DNA of 64,000 nucleotides from Chloroflexota bacterium (GCA_023475225.1 JAMCVK010000028.1:9962-73961); one strand, 5' to 3'; counted from the first letter of the stretch, positions 27,083 through 37,313 are shown. Program-made: numbers and translations. The notes: generated from the letters alone by a model not told the origin.

Positions 27083-29410
27083 ATGAGCAGATACAAAAAG
27101 CTGCAGGCTCTTGGGAAAAAGGTGTTATCAAGGCTTGGTCTGCTCAATATCTGTATCCAGGCGCGAGCCACATATGAACATTTACTCTGGGAAATCGAGC
27201 TGTACCGCCGTCACCTTATGGCGCGGCGGCGAATTCCAGATATTCTACGATCAGTTCAGCCTTTAAATCTGGAGTTGGGGGGTGGGGATCGTCGAAAACC
27301 AGGCTGGGTCAATGTCGATCTTTTCAGCTCAACGGCCGATCTGACTTTAGACCTGCGGCGGCCGCTCCCATTTCCGGATGAGTGCGTGGACAACATCTAT
27401 TCAGAACATGTACTGGAACATTTTAGCTATCCTGAACCACTTACAACGCTCCTGACAGAGTGCTTTCGGGTGTTGAAAGTCGGTGGAGTATTTTACACTG
27501 CTGTTCCAGATTTTGGTAAGGCCTTTAAGTTGTATGCCCAAGGCGATGAAGACCGTTTCTACGCCCAAAAGTACTGGGATAGTCCCAATCCGAATTGGTG
27601 CACCGGGCCAATGGATGAGCTGAACTGGCTGGTTTACATGGGCGGCCAGCATCGCTTCATGTTCGATAGCCAAAACATCATCGACCACCTCACCGCAGCG
27701 GGATTCAGTCGAGTTCAACTTCGCCAGTTTGATCCAAGCCTAGATTCAAAAGAGAGGGCACATCAATCAATCTACGTGCAAGCTAGCAAAGACACCGCTT
27801 GGCCATTGTATGAGACGGTGCATCGCGGTCTCCAGAATAACGATGCAGCTGCTTATGATGCATTGTGGGCGAACGAAGCGTTAATAAGGCTATACGCCAA
27901 TCCAGCACGCCGTTGCCTGTGGTGGCATTTAGCCAGAATTGTTGCGCACATCGAGGGACCAGTCCTTGATGTAGGTTGCGGCGGGGGACACCTACTAGAG
28001 ATGCTTGCTCAGCAAGCAGGGCGGAAACCAGAGACTCTATACGGTCTAGATTATAGCAAGGAAGCTGTTAAGCAGGCCAAGAAAAGAATTCCAGGCGCTC
28101 ACTTGGCCCAGGGCAATATTCATCACCTCGACTTTCCGGACAACTATTTCAATCTCGTCATCGCCTGTGAGACGCTTGAGCACGTAACTGACCCAGCCGC
28201 TGTGCTCCAGGAGAGCTACCGAGTGTTAAAACCAGGGGGCCGGCTTATAGTCAGCATTCCTAATGGGACTTTAGACAATTGGCCAGGCCACGCCCACTTT
28301 TGGGATGAAGCACAGTTCCGGGAGTTCGTACGAGGCTATCCTATCATCCACTTTGAGCAGATTGAGCAGGGTCGCACTTTACTTTTCGTTTTTGAAAAGC
28401 AAGCAGACGACAAAAAACAGCCACTTCCTCGCCAGAGGTGGACAAGTAATAGAGCTATGCACTACACCTTCTGCACACTCTTCGACAAGAACTACCTTTA
28501 TAAAGGACTGGCGCTTTATCAATCGTTAAAGACGCATTGCAAGGAGTTCAACCTGTGGATACTGTGCATGGATGATGTCGTATACTCCATCCTGGAAAAG
28601 ATGGCCTTGGATAACGTCAAACTGATAGCCTTGGGAGATTTCGAAGATGACGAGCTGCGCAAAGCCAAGCAGGAGAGGACGATGGCCGAATACTGCTGGA
28701 CATGCACTCCCTCTTTGTTACTCTACGTGCTGGCCCAGGAGCCAGAAGCCACCCAGATTGCCTATCTCGATGCGGATTTATTCTTCTACAGCGATCCTCA
28801 CCCTATTTACGACGAACTGGGGAGCAATTCTATCCTCATCATCGAACATCGTTTCTCTCCAGAATATCGTGCCTGGGAGAGCACATCTGGGATATTCAAT
28901 ATCAGCATGGTGATCTTCAAAAATGATCCTTACGGCCTTGAATCTCTCCACTGGTGGCGGAAGCGGTGCCTGGAGGCATGCTACTTGAATCCAGAAGTGG
29001 GTCAGTGCGGGGATCAAAAATACTTGGATGATTGGCCCTCTCGCTTCCAGAACGTCGTCGTGTTGCAACACAAAGGGGGTGGGGTGGCTCCATGGAACAT
29101 AGCCAAGTACCAGCTGCATAACTGCAACGGAAAGTTATTTGTAGATTCAGACGAACTGATTTTCTACCATTTTCACTCTTTGCAAATTCTCGAGCGGCAT
29201 CTCTGTAGGAAGCGTCTCTTCCTGGCTTCAAGAGGCTATCAATTCACGGGGCAACAGCTCTCCATGGTGTATTCGCCATACGTGGCCGCGCTGCGCGAAG
29301 CCATTGACAGGGTCAAGCAGGCCAATCCCGCTTTCACCTGGGGATATGCACAGCTGAGCCTGCGTGAAATACTCTGGGCTTTGAGAACAAGAAATCTGTT
29401 GATGGTGTGA
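27083..29410 (+). CDS. Tri-domain protein: two class-I methyltransferase domains plus a C-terminal DxD nucleotide-sugar transferase (GT-A) domain.
   Basis: 775 aa. MT1 region GGGDRRKPGWVNVD..YSEHVLEHF..LKVGGVF. MT2 region VLDVGCGGGHLL..ACETLEHV..LKPGGRL. GT region YTFCTLFDKNYL...IAYLDADLFFYSD. Confidence 0.7.
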   Translation: MSRYKKLQALGKKVLSRLGLLNICIQARATYEHLLWEIELYRRHLMARRRIPDILRSVQPLNLELGGGDRRKPGWVNVDLFSSTADLTLDLRRPLPFPDECVDNIYSEHVLEHFSYPEPLTTLLTECFRVLKVGGVFYTAVPDFGKAFKLYAQGDEDRFYAQKYWDSPNPNWCTGPMDELNWLVYMGGQHRFMFDSQNIIDHLTAAGFSRVQLRQFDPSLDSKERAHQSIYVQASKDTAWPLYETVHRGLQNNDAAAYDALWANEALIRLYANPARRCLWWHLARIVAHIEGPVLDVGCGGGHLLEMLAQQAGRKPETLYGLDYSKEAVKQAKKRIPGAHLAQGNIHHLDFPDNYFNLVIACETLEHVTDPAAVLQESYRVLKPGGRLIVSIPNGTLDNWPGHAHFWDEAQFREFVRGYPIIHFEQIEQGRTLLFVFEKQADDKKQPLPRQRWTSNRAMHYTFCTLFDKNYLYKGLALYQSLKTHCKEFNLWILCMDDVVYSILEKMALDNVKLIALGDFEDDELRKAKQERTMAEYCWTCTPSLLLYVLAQEPEATQIAYLDADLFFYSDPHPIYDELGSNSILIIEHRFSPEYRAWESTSGIFNISMVIFKNDPYGLESLHWWRKRCLEACYLNPEVGQCGDQKYLDDWPSRFQNVVVLQHKGGGVAPWNIAKYQLHNCNGKLFVDSDELIFYHFHSLQILERHLCRKRLFLASRGYQFTGQQLSMVYSPYVAALREAIDRVKQANPAFTWGYAQLSLREILWALRTRNLLMV

Positions 29411-29413
29411 GCT

Positions 29414-30157
29414 ATGACAGCATATTATTACCAGTCAACCAGACCGAATCAAGGGGTAGTCCAGCAGCTCCTCAGAAGGATAGCCAAGGGACTTAAACCT
29501 CTCATTGTCGGGCTATCTGGCTTTTATAGGTCACTGACGTATCCCGATTTAAGCGGCGACCGTGACATAGAATGGTCGTGGGTGGCAGCTCATTTGCCAG
29601 AAGAGCCAGGAATAGTCCTTGATTTCGGATGTGGCAATGCATTTTTGGGTCTTATTGCCGCTATGAAGGGTAATACCGTAACAGGACTGGATCTCGAACA
29701 GATTCGTTTACCATTCAAAAGCGATAACCTGGAGATTCGAAGCGGTGATATTCTGAGCTTCGATTTCGGAGAGACGCGCTTCGACGTCATCATCAACTGC
29801 TCCTCCATTGAGCATGTCGGGCTGGCAGGCCGCTATGGCAGCGCGGATGTTCCTGATGGCGATCTCATGGCTATGGAACGGCTGAGGGGTCTTCTGAAAG
29901 TACCTACAGGCACGATGATTCTGACTGTACCGGTAGGGAAAGACTCTGTGTTCCCGCCGTTACATCGAGTATACGGGGTCCAACGATTGGATCTGTTGCT
30001 TCACGGATTTCAAGTTATCGAGAAACAGTTCTGGTCCAAGAGGTCTGATCTGAACGTGTGGGTTGAGGTCAGCGAAGAAGAGGCCCTTTCCCTGCAACCG
30101 TCTGAGTCACTCTATGCCCTCGGCTTGTTTGTCTTGAAGCCAGAGGCTGCGCTGTAA
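29414..30157 (+). CDS. Class I SAM-dependent methyltransferase-like protein (DUF268-like).
   Basis: 247 aa. VLDFGCGNAFLGL motif I, then CSSIEHVG. Confidence 0.6.
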   Translation: MTAYYYQSTRPNQGVVQQLLRRIAKGLKPLIVGLSGFYRSLTYPDLSGDRDIEWSWVAAHLPEEPGIVLDFGCGNAFLGLIAAMKGNTVTGLDLEQIRLPFKSDNLEIRSGDILSFDFGETRFDVIINCSSIEHVGLAGRYGSADVPDGDLMAMERLRGLLKVPTGTMILTVPVGKDSVFPPLHRVYGVQRLDLLLHGFQVIEKQFWSKRSDLNVWVEVSEEEALSLQPSESLYALGLFVLKPEAAL

Positions 30158-30165
30158 CAGATGGA

Positions 30166-31194
30166 ATGAATAACGGAACTTTTACATCTGACGAGATTCG
30201 GGCCTTCGTGTCACGCCCTCTATATGATCCGGAGGTGCTCCATTCAAGGGACCCCTCATACCCACGAATATCCGTAGTGGTGCCCTCCTATAACCAGGCT
30301 CAGTTTTTAGAGAAAACTATCTTATCCATACTCAATCAAAACTATCCTAATACCGAGATCATCGTAATGGATGGGGGATCCCAGGATGGCAGTGTGGATC
30401 TGATCAAGAGATACGAGCCTTATATTTCGTACTGGGTAAGTGAACTAGATAAAGGACAGCCCAATGCGATCAATAAGGGATTTGAGAGGGCTTCAGGGGA
30501 TCTCATCGGGTGGCAGAATTCTGATGACCTGTATCTCCCTGGATTCTTCCATACTATCGCCGACACCTTTCACTCCTATCCTAAAACCCAGTTATTCATC
30601 GCCAATATATACACCATCGATGAGAACGATCGGATAACCTGGGCCTCACACTTTATACCGTTTTCTGTTGCCGATCTAATCTATCGTGGCTGGAACTTGT
30701 CCAGTCAAGCTACGTTTCTGTCCCAGAGGATTGTCAGAGAAGTGGGTCTGATGCGCGAAGATATTCAGGTCGGCTTTGACTGGGACTGGTTCATTCGCGT
30801 TGGCAAGGTTGTGAAATACGTAGCCCTGCATAAGGCGTATGGGGGTTGCTACAGGATCCATGAGGCTTCAAAGCTGTCAACCCAGCCCCATGAGTCAAGG
30901 TGGTCAATTGAGAGGCCGATTCTACAGAGCCTTGGTATTCGAATAAGAGAAGAGCTGCCTTACGACCAACAGCCATGGTGGCAAAGGCGTATGCTCAAGA
31001 TCAGGATGCTATCTTACCTCGCTTTGCTCTATTTTTCGCCGAACAATGGCAATCTCATCCAAGGAGCCTCGAATCCTCAATATGTTGTCATCAAAAGATT
31101 CTTGTCAAAGAGTTATCCGATCCTGCGTTGCTTACGCCCGCTCATACTGTGGTACTTGGCAAAGCGAAGCATCATCTGCAGAGGATTTGCATGA
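30166..31194 (+). CDS. Glycosyltransferase, GT2 family.
   Basis: ISVVVPSYNQAQFLEKTILSILNQNYPNTEIIVMDGGSQDGS followed by a DD motif (WQNSDDLY). Confidence 0.8.
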   Translation: MNNGTFTSDEIRAFVSRPLYDPEVLHSRDPSYPRISVVVPSYNQAQFLEKTILSILNQNYPNTEIIVMDGGSQDGSVDLIKRYEPYISYWVSELDKGQPNAINKGFERASGDLIGWQNSDDLYLPGFFHTIADTFHSYPKTQLFIANIYTIDENDRITWASHFIPFSVADLIYRGWNLSSQATFLSQRIVREVGLMREDIQVGFDWDWFIRVGKVVKYVALHKAYGGCYRIHEASKLSTQPHESRWSIERPILQSLGIRIREELPYDQQPWWQRRMLKIRMLSYLALLYFSPNNGNLIQGASNPQYVVIKRFLSKSYPILRCLRPLILWYLAKRSIICRGFA

Positions 31195-33212
31195 GCCTGA
31201 AGTTCCTGATCGTTGATACCTACTACCCTGTCTTCCTTCGCTCTTTTTACACCAGGCATCCAGGCCTGGCGGGCCAACCGTATGCTGAGCAGTGGCGCAC
31301 CCTCATGGACCAGTGCTTCGGTACAGCTGACTTTTACTCGCTTAATCTAAAGAAGCTTGACTGCGAGGCGGAAGAGGTGGTCGCTAATTGTGTACCACTA
31401 CAGCAGCGATGGGCTTATGAGAATCAACCCAGATTGGCCAAACTCCTCCCCATCTACAAAACCCTATCGCGGGTCAAGTCCTGGCAATTAAAAGTGTTAG
31501 TGGCCCAAATAGAGAAACTAAGACCGGATATCCTTTATATTCAGAATCTAAACTGGGTCGATGACTCCTGGCTCCGCGCAGTTCGGTCCAGGGTCCGTCT
31601 CGTTGTGGGACAGACTGCTTATCCCTTGCGCGATGACCTTGATTACCGCTGCTATGATCTGATTTTGACCTCTTTCCCCCACTATGTAGACCTATTCCGA
31701 CGCCAGGGCGTATCCAGTGAATATCTCCGCCTCGCCTTTGAACCGGAAGTCCTGAAGCGCCTTGGTTCCATCCAATCAGCCTATGATACAGTCTTCGTGG
31801 GTGGATACACCGGGCATCATCGTGCCGGATCGCAACTTCTCGAACAGGTCGCCAGGAAGGTCCCGCTGGACTTCTGGGGCTATGGAACAGAGAGCCTCCC
31901 CAAGGATTCCCCCATCAGGCAACGCTATCACGGTGAGGCCTGGGGACTTGATATGTATCGTATTCTTGCTCAAGCGAAAATCACCCTCAATCGGCATATC
32001 GACGTAGCTGACCGTTACGCTAATAATATGCGCCTTTACGAGGCTACCGGTGTAGGCACCTTGCTGGTCACCGACTCAAAGGACAACCTGCACGATCTCT
32101 TTGAGCCTGGCAAAGAAGTACTGAGCTACCGAGACCCTGAAGAGTGTGTGGAACTGATCCGCTACTACCTAGAACACGAGAATGAACGGGCTGTGATTGC
32201 CGCAGCGGGTCAGGCACGTACCCTCCGTGAACACACATATTATCACCGCATGCGGGAGCTAGTGGACATCATAGAGCGTTACGTGGAGCACCCGGAAAGG
32301 GCAACGCGAAGAGTGGTCACCACCTCTGCCCCTCTGTGTGAGCACCAACCCTCGTATGTCCAGGGACCTTCTCCCGGGTTTATAGGGGTTGCGCACGCGG
32401 CACAGGCCTTGATTCAACCTCTACGCCCACTGCTCGCCCGTCTTCCCGGCCAACGCTATCTCCGACTTGTATGGCACCGCTTACGCGGTGGTAGCCAAAC
32501 TGCACAGCCTGTCTCATATGGACATCGCACCATCCCTGTATCGGCTGTGACACACGACTTAGTTGATGGGTGGAAGGACCCGGCCATCCCGCCAAGGCAA
32601 CGTAACCTGGTAGAATCGGAACTACGGCGCATGTATCAAGGCGACATCGTCCCAGTCTATCGGGCATCAGCCGAAGCACTGCTTGCGACGGGCATGAGCG
32701 ATAGTTTCATCGTCGAGGTCGGCTGTGCCAGCGGTTACTATTATGAAGTGCTGAGCCACCTGTTACGCCGGAAGATAAATTATCTGGGCATCGATTACTC
32801 CCCATCTCTGATCGCTCAGGCACGACAATTCTATCCGCACGTACCCTTCCTGGTAGGGGATGCAACCAAACTCCCCCTGGCGGATCAGAGTTGTGACATT
32901 TTGCTCTCCGGCACCGTTCTGCTTCATGTGCCTGAGTACGAAAAGGCGATTCAGGAGTCTGCTCGAGTAGCAAGGTATTGGTGTGTTTTTCATCGCACAC
33001 CAGTCGTCAAGACCATCAACACGACTTACCTCTCGAAATTTGCTTACGGGGTCCAGGTAGTGGAGCTGGTTTTCGATGAGGAAGAGATTCTTTCCCTGTT
33101 TGCTAAATATGGTCTCAAATTGCACATCGCCCTGGACCTGGATTCCTATTACGTAGAGGGCGTGAAAGATAAAGTGGCGATGAAGACCTATGTTTGTCGC
33201 AAGGTTTCATAG
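31191..33212 (+). CDS. CgeB-like GT-B glycosyltransferase domain fused to a C-terminal class-I methyltransferase domain.
   Basis: Start at MSLKFLIVDTYYP (ATG 31191, ATGA overlap with the upstream stop). The listed 30975 start lies inside the GT2 gene. N-terminal region ends ..NMRLYEATGVGTLLVTD..LFEPGKEVLSYRDPEE..YYL. C-terminal region VEVGCASGYYYEVL..LLSGTVLLHVPEYEKAI. Confidence 0.65.
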   Translation: MSLKFLIVDTYYPVFLRSFYTRHPGLAGQPYAEQWRTLMDQCFGTADFYSLNLKKLDCEAEEVVANCVPLQQRWAYENQPRLAKLLPIYKTLSRVKSWQLKVLVAQIEKLRPDILYIQNLNWVDDSWLRAVRSRVRLVVGQTAYPLRDDLDYRCYDLILTSFPHYVDLFRRQGVSSEYLRLAFEPEVLKRLGSIQSAYDTVFVGGYTGHHRAGSQLLEQVARKVPLDFWGYGTESLPKDSPIRQRYHGEAWGLDMYRILAQAKITLNRHIDVADRYANNMRLYEATGVGTLLVTDSKDNLHDLFEPGKEVLSYRDPEECVELIRYYLEHENERAVIAAAGQARTLREHTYYHRMRELVDIIERYVEHPERATRRVVTTSAPLCEHQPSYVQGPSPGFIGVAHAAQALIQPLRPLLARLPGQRYLRLVWHRLRGGSQTAQPVSYGHRTIPVSAVTHDLVDGWKDPAIPPRQRNLVESELRRMYQGDIVPVYRASAEALLATGMSDSFIVEVGCASGYYYEVLSHLLRRKINYLGIDYSPSLIAQARQFYPHVPFLVGDATKLPLADQSCDILLSGTVLLHVPEYEKAIQESARVARYWCVFHRTPVVKTINTTYLSKFAYGVQVVELVFDEEEILSLFAKYGLKLHIALDLDSYYVEGVKDKVAMKTYVCRKVS

Positions 33213-33282
33213 TATCCCGCTTAATCATTAAGTCCCTGCGGCTAAAAACCAAAGCGCACTGTATTATAGTGGGAACAAATAC

Positions 33283-34464
33283 GTGAGGATCTTAGAAGTA
33301 ATCTGCTATTTTGCCCCAGCCTGGGCATATGGGGGTCCACCAAGGGTGGCCTACGATATAGCGCGGAGGATGGTCCAAAGAGGACACCACGTCACCGTTT
33401 ACACCACTGATGTCCTCGACGCCAGAGCCAGAAACAACTGCCGGTACGACAACCTGGATGGCATCGAGATATACTATTTACCTAATCTCAGCAATTGGCT
33501 GGCCTGGAATCACAAGATATTTCTACCCTTGGGATTCCGGAAAATGCTTAAGGAGAACATAAACACCTTTGACGTTATACACTTATCCGACTTTCGCACC
33601 TATCCCAATGCCATCTGTTATTTGTACGCTAAACGGAGTAAGATCCCATACATATTATCCGCTTACGGTTCCCTTCCAAGAGCGACGGGCGTAAAAAGAC
33701 CAGTAAAACAGATATACGATTGGCTCTTTGGTTATGGTATGCTACATGGGGCGCACAAGGTAGTGGCTCAAACTGAAAACGAGGCGCGGGAATATGAAAA
33801 GCTTGGCCTGAGCCGGGATAAGATTGAGCTTATAACCCTGGGAATAGACTTTTCTTCATTCACTGATTTGCCTCCCAGGGGAGCCTTTCGTCAACAGTAT
33901 GGCCTGGACAATAACGAAAAGGTAGTATTATTTTTGGGTAGAATCCACGAATATAAGGGCCTCCAATTGTTAGTTAAGGCCTTTGCTGAGTATTATAGAA
34001 TGCAACCCAATAGCAGGTTAGTCATCGTTGGCCGGGACGATGGCTATTTATCTACCATTCAAAATCTGGTTGGAACACTCGGCATCGGGAGTAGAACAAT
34101 TTTCCTGGGTCCCCTCTATGGACAAGACAAACTACCCGTTTACAGGGATGCGGATGTCTTCGCACTATCCCCTACCCACTACGAGGAGACCTCCGTGGCC
34201 GTATTGGAGGCTTGCGCCTGCGGCACGCCGGTTATTGTGACCGAGCAGACGTCTGTGCCTGGCCTGGACGAATATGAAGCCGGCCTAACCGTAACGTGCG
34301 ACGAGCAATCCTTGGGGGATGCCTTGTGCACTATACTGGAAGATGATCAACTAAGAAATAAGATGGGCGAAAGGGCACGTTTACTAATAGAGGAGAGGTT
34401 TGTTTGGGACGTCGTCATAGATAAGATAGAGCGACTCTACAACAGCGCAGCCACATCACAATAG
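33283..34464 (+). CDS. Glycosyltransferase, GT4 family.
   Basis: 393 aa, GTG start. GGPPRVAYDIARRMVQRGHHVTVYT and ..EETSVAVLEACACGTPVIVT. Confidence 0.8.
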   Translation: MRILEVICYFAPAWAYGGPPRVAYDIARRMVQRGHHVTVYTTDVLDARARNNCRYDNLDGIEIYYLPNLSNWLAWNHKIFLPLGFRKMLKENINTFDVIHLSDFRTYPNAICYLYAKRSKIPYILSAYGSLPRATGVKRPVKQIYDWLFGYGMLHGAHKVVAQTENEAREYEKLGLSRDKIELITLGIDFSSFTDLPPRGAFRQQYGLDNNEKVVLFLGRIHEYKGLQLLVKAFAEYYRMQPNSRLVIVGRDDGYLSTIQNLVGTLGIGSRTIFLGPLYGQDKLPVYRDADVFALSPTHYEETSVAVLEACACGTPVIVTEQTSVPGLDEYEAGLTVTCDEQSLGDALCTILEDDQLRNKMGERARLLIEERFVWDVVIDKIERLYNSAATSQ

Positions 34465-34491
34465 ATCAGCATATCGACGGAGGCAAATTAG

Positions 34492-35511
34492 GTGTCTAAT
34501 AAATATCAGGGCAGCTATGAGAAGGCATTCTCCGATAAGAGGGTACTGATTACGGGTGGTTTGGGATTTATCGGCAGTAATCTCGCCCGACGCTTAATTG
34601 AACTTGGGGCTGATGTGCTCCTGGTAGATTCGCTGATCCCCGATTATGGCGGCAATCTCTTTAATATCGCTGGGATAGAACAGTTTGTTAAGGTAAACAT
34701 CGCCGATGTGCGTGACAGAAACGGTATGAATTACCTGGTGCGTGGGCATGATTACCTTTTCAACCTAGCTGGCCAGGTGAGCCACATAGACAGTATGCTG
34801 GATCCCCACACGGATCTGGAGATAAATTGCCGCAGTCAACTCTCCATCCTGGAGGCCTGCCGAAGGAACAATCCCGCTGTCAAAATAGTCTTCGCCAGCA
34901 CGCGCCAGATCTACGGCGTCCCCGACTACTTACCCATAGATGAAAAGCATCTCCTCCATCCTACAGATGTCAATGGCATCAACAAGATGGCCGGGGAATG
35001 GTATCATATCCTTTATAATAACATCTACGGAATCCGCTCCTGCGCCCTGCGGCTCACTAACACCTATGGCCCTCGCATGCTAATGAAACACAATCGTCAA
35101 GGATTCATAGCCTGGTTCATTCGACTGGCCATAGATGGAGAAGAGATCCATCTCTATGGCGATGGCCAACAGCGGCGTGACTGTAACTACGTTGATGATG
35201 TCGTGGAAGCCTTCCTTTTAGCCGCTGCCAAAGACGAGGCCAATGGTCAGGTCTTCAACCTGGGCAGTGGCGAACCTGTCAGCCTTCTTGAATTTGTGCA
35301 TTTGCTACATGAGCTATGTGGGCGGGGTTCCTACAAGCTCACTCCTTTTCCCCCTGAAAAGAAAAGGATCGATATCGGTGACTACTACGCAGACTACAGC
35401 AAAATCAAGAATACTTTAGGCTGGCAACCTTATACACCTTTACGGGAGGGATTACGCCGCACTCTGGACTTCTACAAAACTAACAAGGAGCACTATTGGT
35501 CCAACAACTGA
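34492..35511 (+). CDS. Extended SDR (NAD-dependent epimerase/dehydratase family) acting on a nucleotide sugar. The catalytic triad is atypical.
   Basis: 339 aa. Rossmann motif [14 protein letters not shown]. The expected S..YxxxK appears as FAST(137)...VN(161)GINK(165). Confidence 0.75.
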   Translation: MSNKYQGSYEKAFSDKRVLITGGLGFIGSNLARRLIELGADVLLVDSLIPDYGGNLFNIAGIEQFVKVNIADVRDRNGMNYLVRGHDYLFNLAGQVSHIDSMLDPHTDLEINCRSQLSILEACRRNNPAVKIVFASTRQIYGVPDYLPIDEKHLLHPTDVNGINKMAGEWYHILYNNIYGIRSCALRLTNTYGPRMLMKHNRQGFIAWFIRLAIDGEEIHLYGDGQQRRDCNYVDDVVEAFLLAAAKDEANGQVFNLGSGEPVSLLEFVHLLHELCGRGSYKLTPFPPEKKRIDIGDYYADYSKIKNTLGWQPYTPLREGLRRTLDFYKTNKEHYWSNN

Positions 35512-36608
35512 TCCCTTTCGGTGACCTACGGCGGCAATATGCAGCAATACATTCAGAGATTCAAGGCGCTCTCGAAGGCGTCCTCGAGCGTGGTTGGTTT
35601 ATTCTGGGCGAGCAGGTAACCGCCTTTGAAGAGGAATGGGCCGCCTACTGTGGCACGAAATATGCCATCGGTGTTGGCTCTGGAACAGAAGCACTGCATC
35701 TGGCCCTACTCGCCTGCAGGGTAGGACCTGGTGATGAGGTGATCACCGTACCAAACACTGCTGTTCCAACTGTATCAGCCATATCATTCGCCGGGGCCAG
35801 GCCAGTCTTTGTTGACATCGACCCTCGAAGCTACACGATGGATCTCTCATTGCTCCCAGCCTGCATCGGACCACGAACTAAGGCGATCATACCCGTGCAT
35901 CTATTCGGTCAAGCGGCCGATATGGATCCCATAATGGCCGTAGCCAGAGAGTACAATCTTAAAGTGATCGAAGATGCCTGTCAGGCCCATGGGGCAGAGT
36001 ATAAGGGCAAACGTGTGGGGTCCATCGGGGATGTGAACTGTTTCAGCTTCTATCCAAGCAAAAATCTGGGCGCCTATGGGGATGGTGGAGCGGTAGTAAC
36101 GAACGATGCCGAACTGGCCGAAAAATTGCGTTTGCTGCGGAACTATGGACAGGAAAAACGCTACTATCACGCTATCAAGGGCTTTAACAGTCGGCTCGAT
36201 GAGATGCAAGCAGCTATTCTGAGGGTAAAACTGGCCAAGCTTGATAAGTGGAATGAGCGCCGACGCGAACTGGCTAATCTTTACGAAGATATGCTCACCG
36301 ATACTGATATCATCTGTCCTAGCGAGATGCCCTACACCAGGCACGTCTATCACCTGTACGTGATCCGCAGCCCAGCTAGAGATTATTTGCAAAAACACCT
36401 ACTCCAGTGCGGTATCGGTACAGCCATACATTATCCTCTGCCGGTTCATCTGCAGCCGGCCTACGCTGACCTTGGGCTCGGGCTCAAATCCTTTCCCATC
36501 GCTGAACAATACGCCACTCAGATACTCTCGCTGCCCATGTATCCAGAGCTGAAGGAAGAGGAGGTGGCCCAGGTTGCCCAAGCGATTGGAAGCTTCTCGG
36601 CGAAATAG
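35496..36608 (+). CDS. DegT/DnrJ/EryC1/StrS-family PLP-dependent sugar aminotransferase.
   Basis: 370 aa. [28 protein letters not shown], and [10 protein letters not shown] (PLP Lys). Confidence 0.85.
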   Translation: MVQQLIPFGDLRRQYAAIHSEIQGALEGVLERGWFILGEQVTAFEEEWAAYCGTKYAIGVGSGTEALHLALLACRVGPGDEVITVPNTAVPTVSAISFAGARPVFVDIDPRSYTMDLSLLPACIGPRTKAIIPVHLFGQAADMDPIMAVAREYNLKVIEDACQAHGAEYKGKRVGSIGDVNCFSFYPSKNLGAYGDGGAVVTNDAELAEKLRLLRNYGQEKRYYHAIKGFNSRLDEMQAAILRVKLAKLDKWNERRRELANLYEDMLTDTDIICPSEMPYTRHVYHLYVIRSPARDYLQKHLLQCGIGTAIHYPLPVHLQPAYADLGLGLKSFPIAEQYATQILSLPMYPELKEEEVAQVAQAIGSFSAK

Positions 36609-36644
36609 GCTCTCCCTTACTACAGACATAGAGGTTAGCACCCA

Positions 36645-37313
36645 ATGAAAGGGGACAACTTCTTTGTGGTAATCCCCGCTTTCAACGAAGGGGAAAGGAT
36701 CAGGCCGGTCTTAGCCGAAACAAAAAAACATGCTCCAAACATCATCGTTGTTGACGATGGCTCAAGCGATGAGACCTATAAGGCAGCGCAAGAGTGCGGG
36801 GTTATCACTCTGCGACATGAGGTCAATCTAGGCAAGGGAGCTGCCCTCAAAACTGGCTGTGAGGCCGCCTTCTCCCTGGGGGCCAGGGCCATCATTCTCA
36901 TGGACTCTGATGGCCAGCACAGGCCCGCAGAGATCCCCAATTTTGTTAGCACCTTGAAAGATAGAGGGGTTGGCCTAGTCTTAGGTTCACGTGTTATAGG
37001 CCCAGGCATGCCCCTAATACGGGCTTGGGGCAATAAGATCGATCTATTTCTACTTAACCTTCTCTTTGGTGCCCGCGTCACAGATCCCCTCTGCGGTTTT
37101 CGGGCCCTTACCGCGCAGGCCTATGAAAAAATCAGGTGGCGGTCCACAGGATATGCCGTGGAAACAGAGATGATCGTCCGTGCCAGACTGGCCCGCTTAC
37201 CCTTTGTGGAAATACCTGTGGAGACCGTGTATATCGACAAATACAAAGGGGTCACCATCCTTGATGCCTACAGAATTCTCTTGGAACTCATAAAATGGAG
37301 ATTTTTAGGATGA
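36645..37313 (+). CDS. GT2 polyprenol-phosphate glycosyltransferase (GtrB/ArnC/DPM1-like).
   Basis: 222 aa soluble GT2. VVIPAFNEGERI, VVDDGSSDET, ILMDSDGQH. Confidence 0.75.
   Translation: MKGDNFFVVIPAFNEGERIRPVLAETKKHAPNIIVVDDGSSDETYKAAQECGVITLRHEVNLGKGAALKTGCEAAFSLGARAIILMDSDGQHRPAEIPNFVSTLKDRGVGLVLGSRVIGPGMPLIRAWGNKIDLFLLNLLFGARVTDPLCGFRALTAQAYEKIRWRSTGYAVETEMIVRARLARLPFVEIPVETVYIDKYKGVTILDAYRILLELIKWRFLG

Noticed and set aside
5863-31190. Upstream-extended start codons given in the ORF track at 5863, 8406, 23677, 30975 and 41946.
   Set aside because: Each extension overlaps the preceding gene by tens to hundreds of nt and encodes no family-like sequence. Internal starts that abut or minimally overlap the upstream stop (5950, 8805, 23737, 31191, 41778) fit better.
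33213-33282. A possible promoter (TGTATTAT, a -10-like sequence) and a small palindrome (cttaatcattaag) in the 70-nt gap before the 33283 GT4 gene.
   Set aside because: There is no convincing -35 element at proper spacing, and the palindrome arms are only 6 nt. This is too weak to report.
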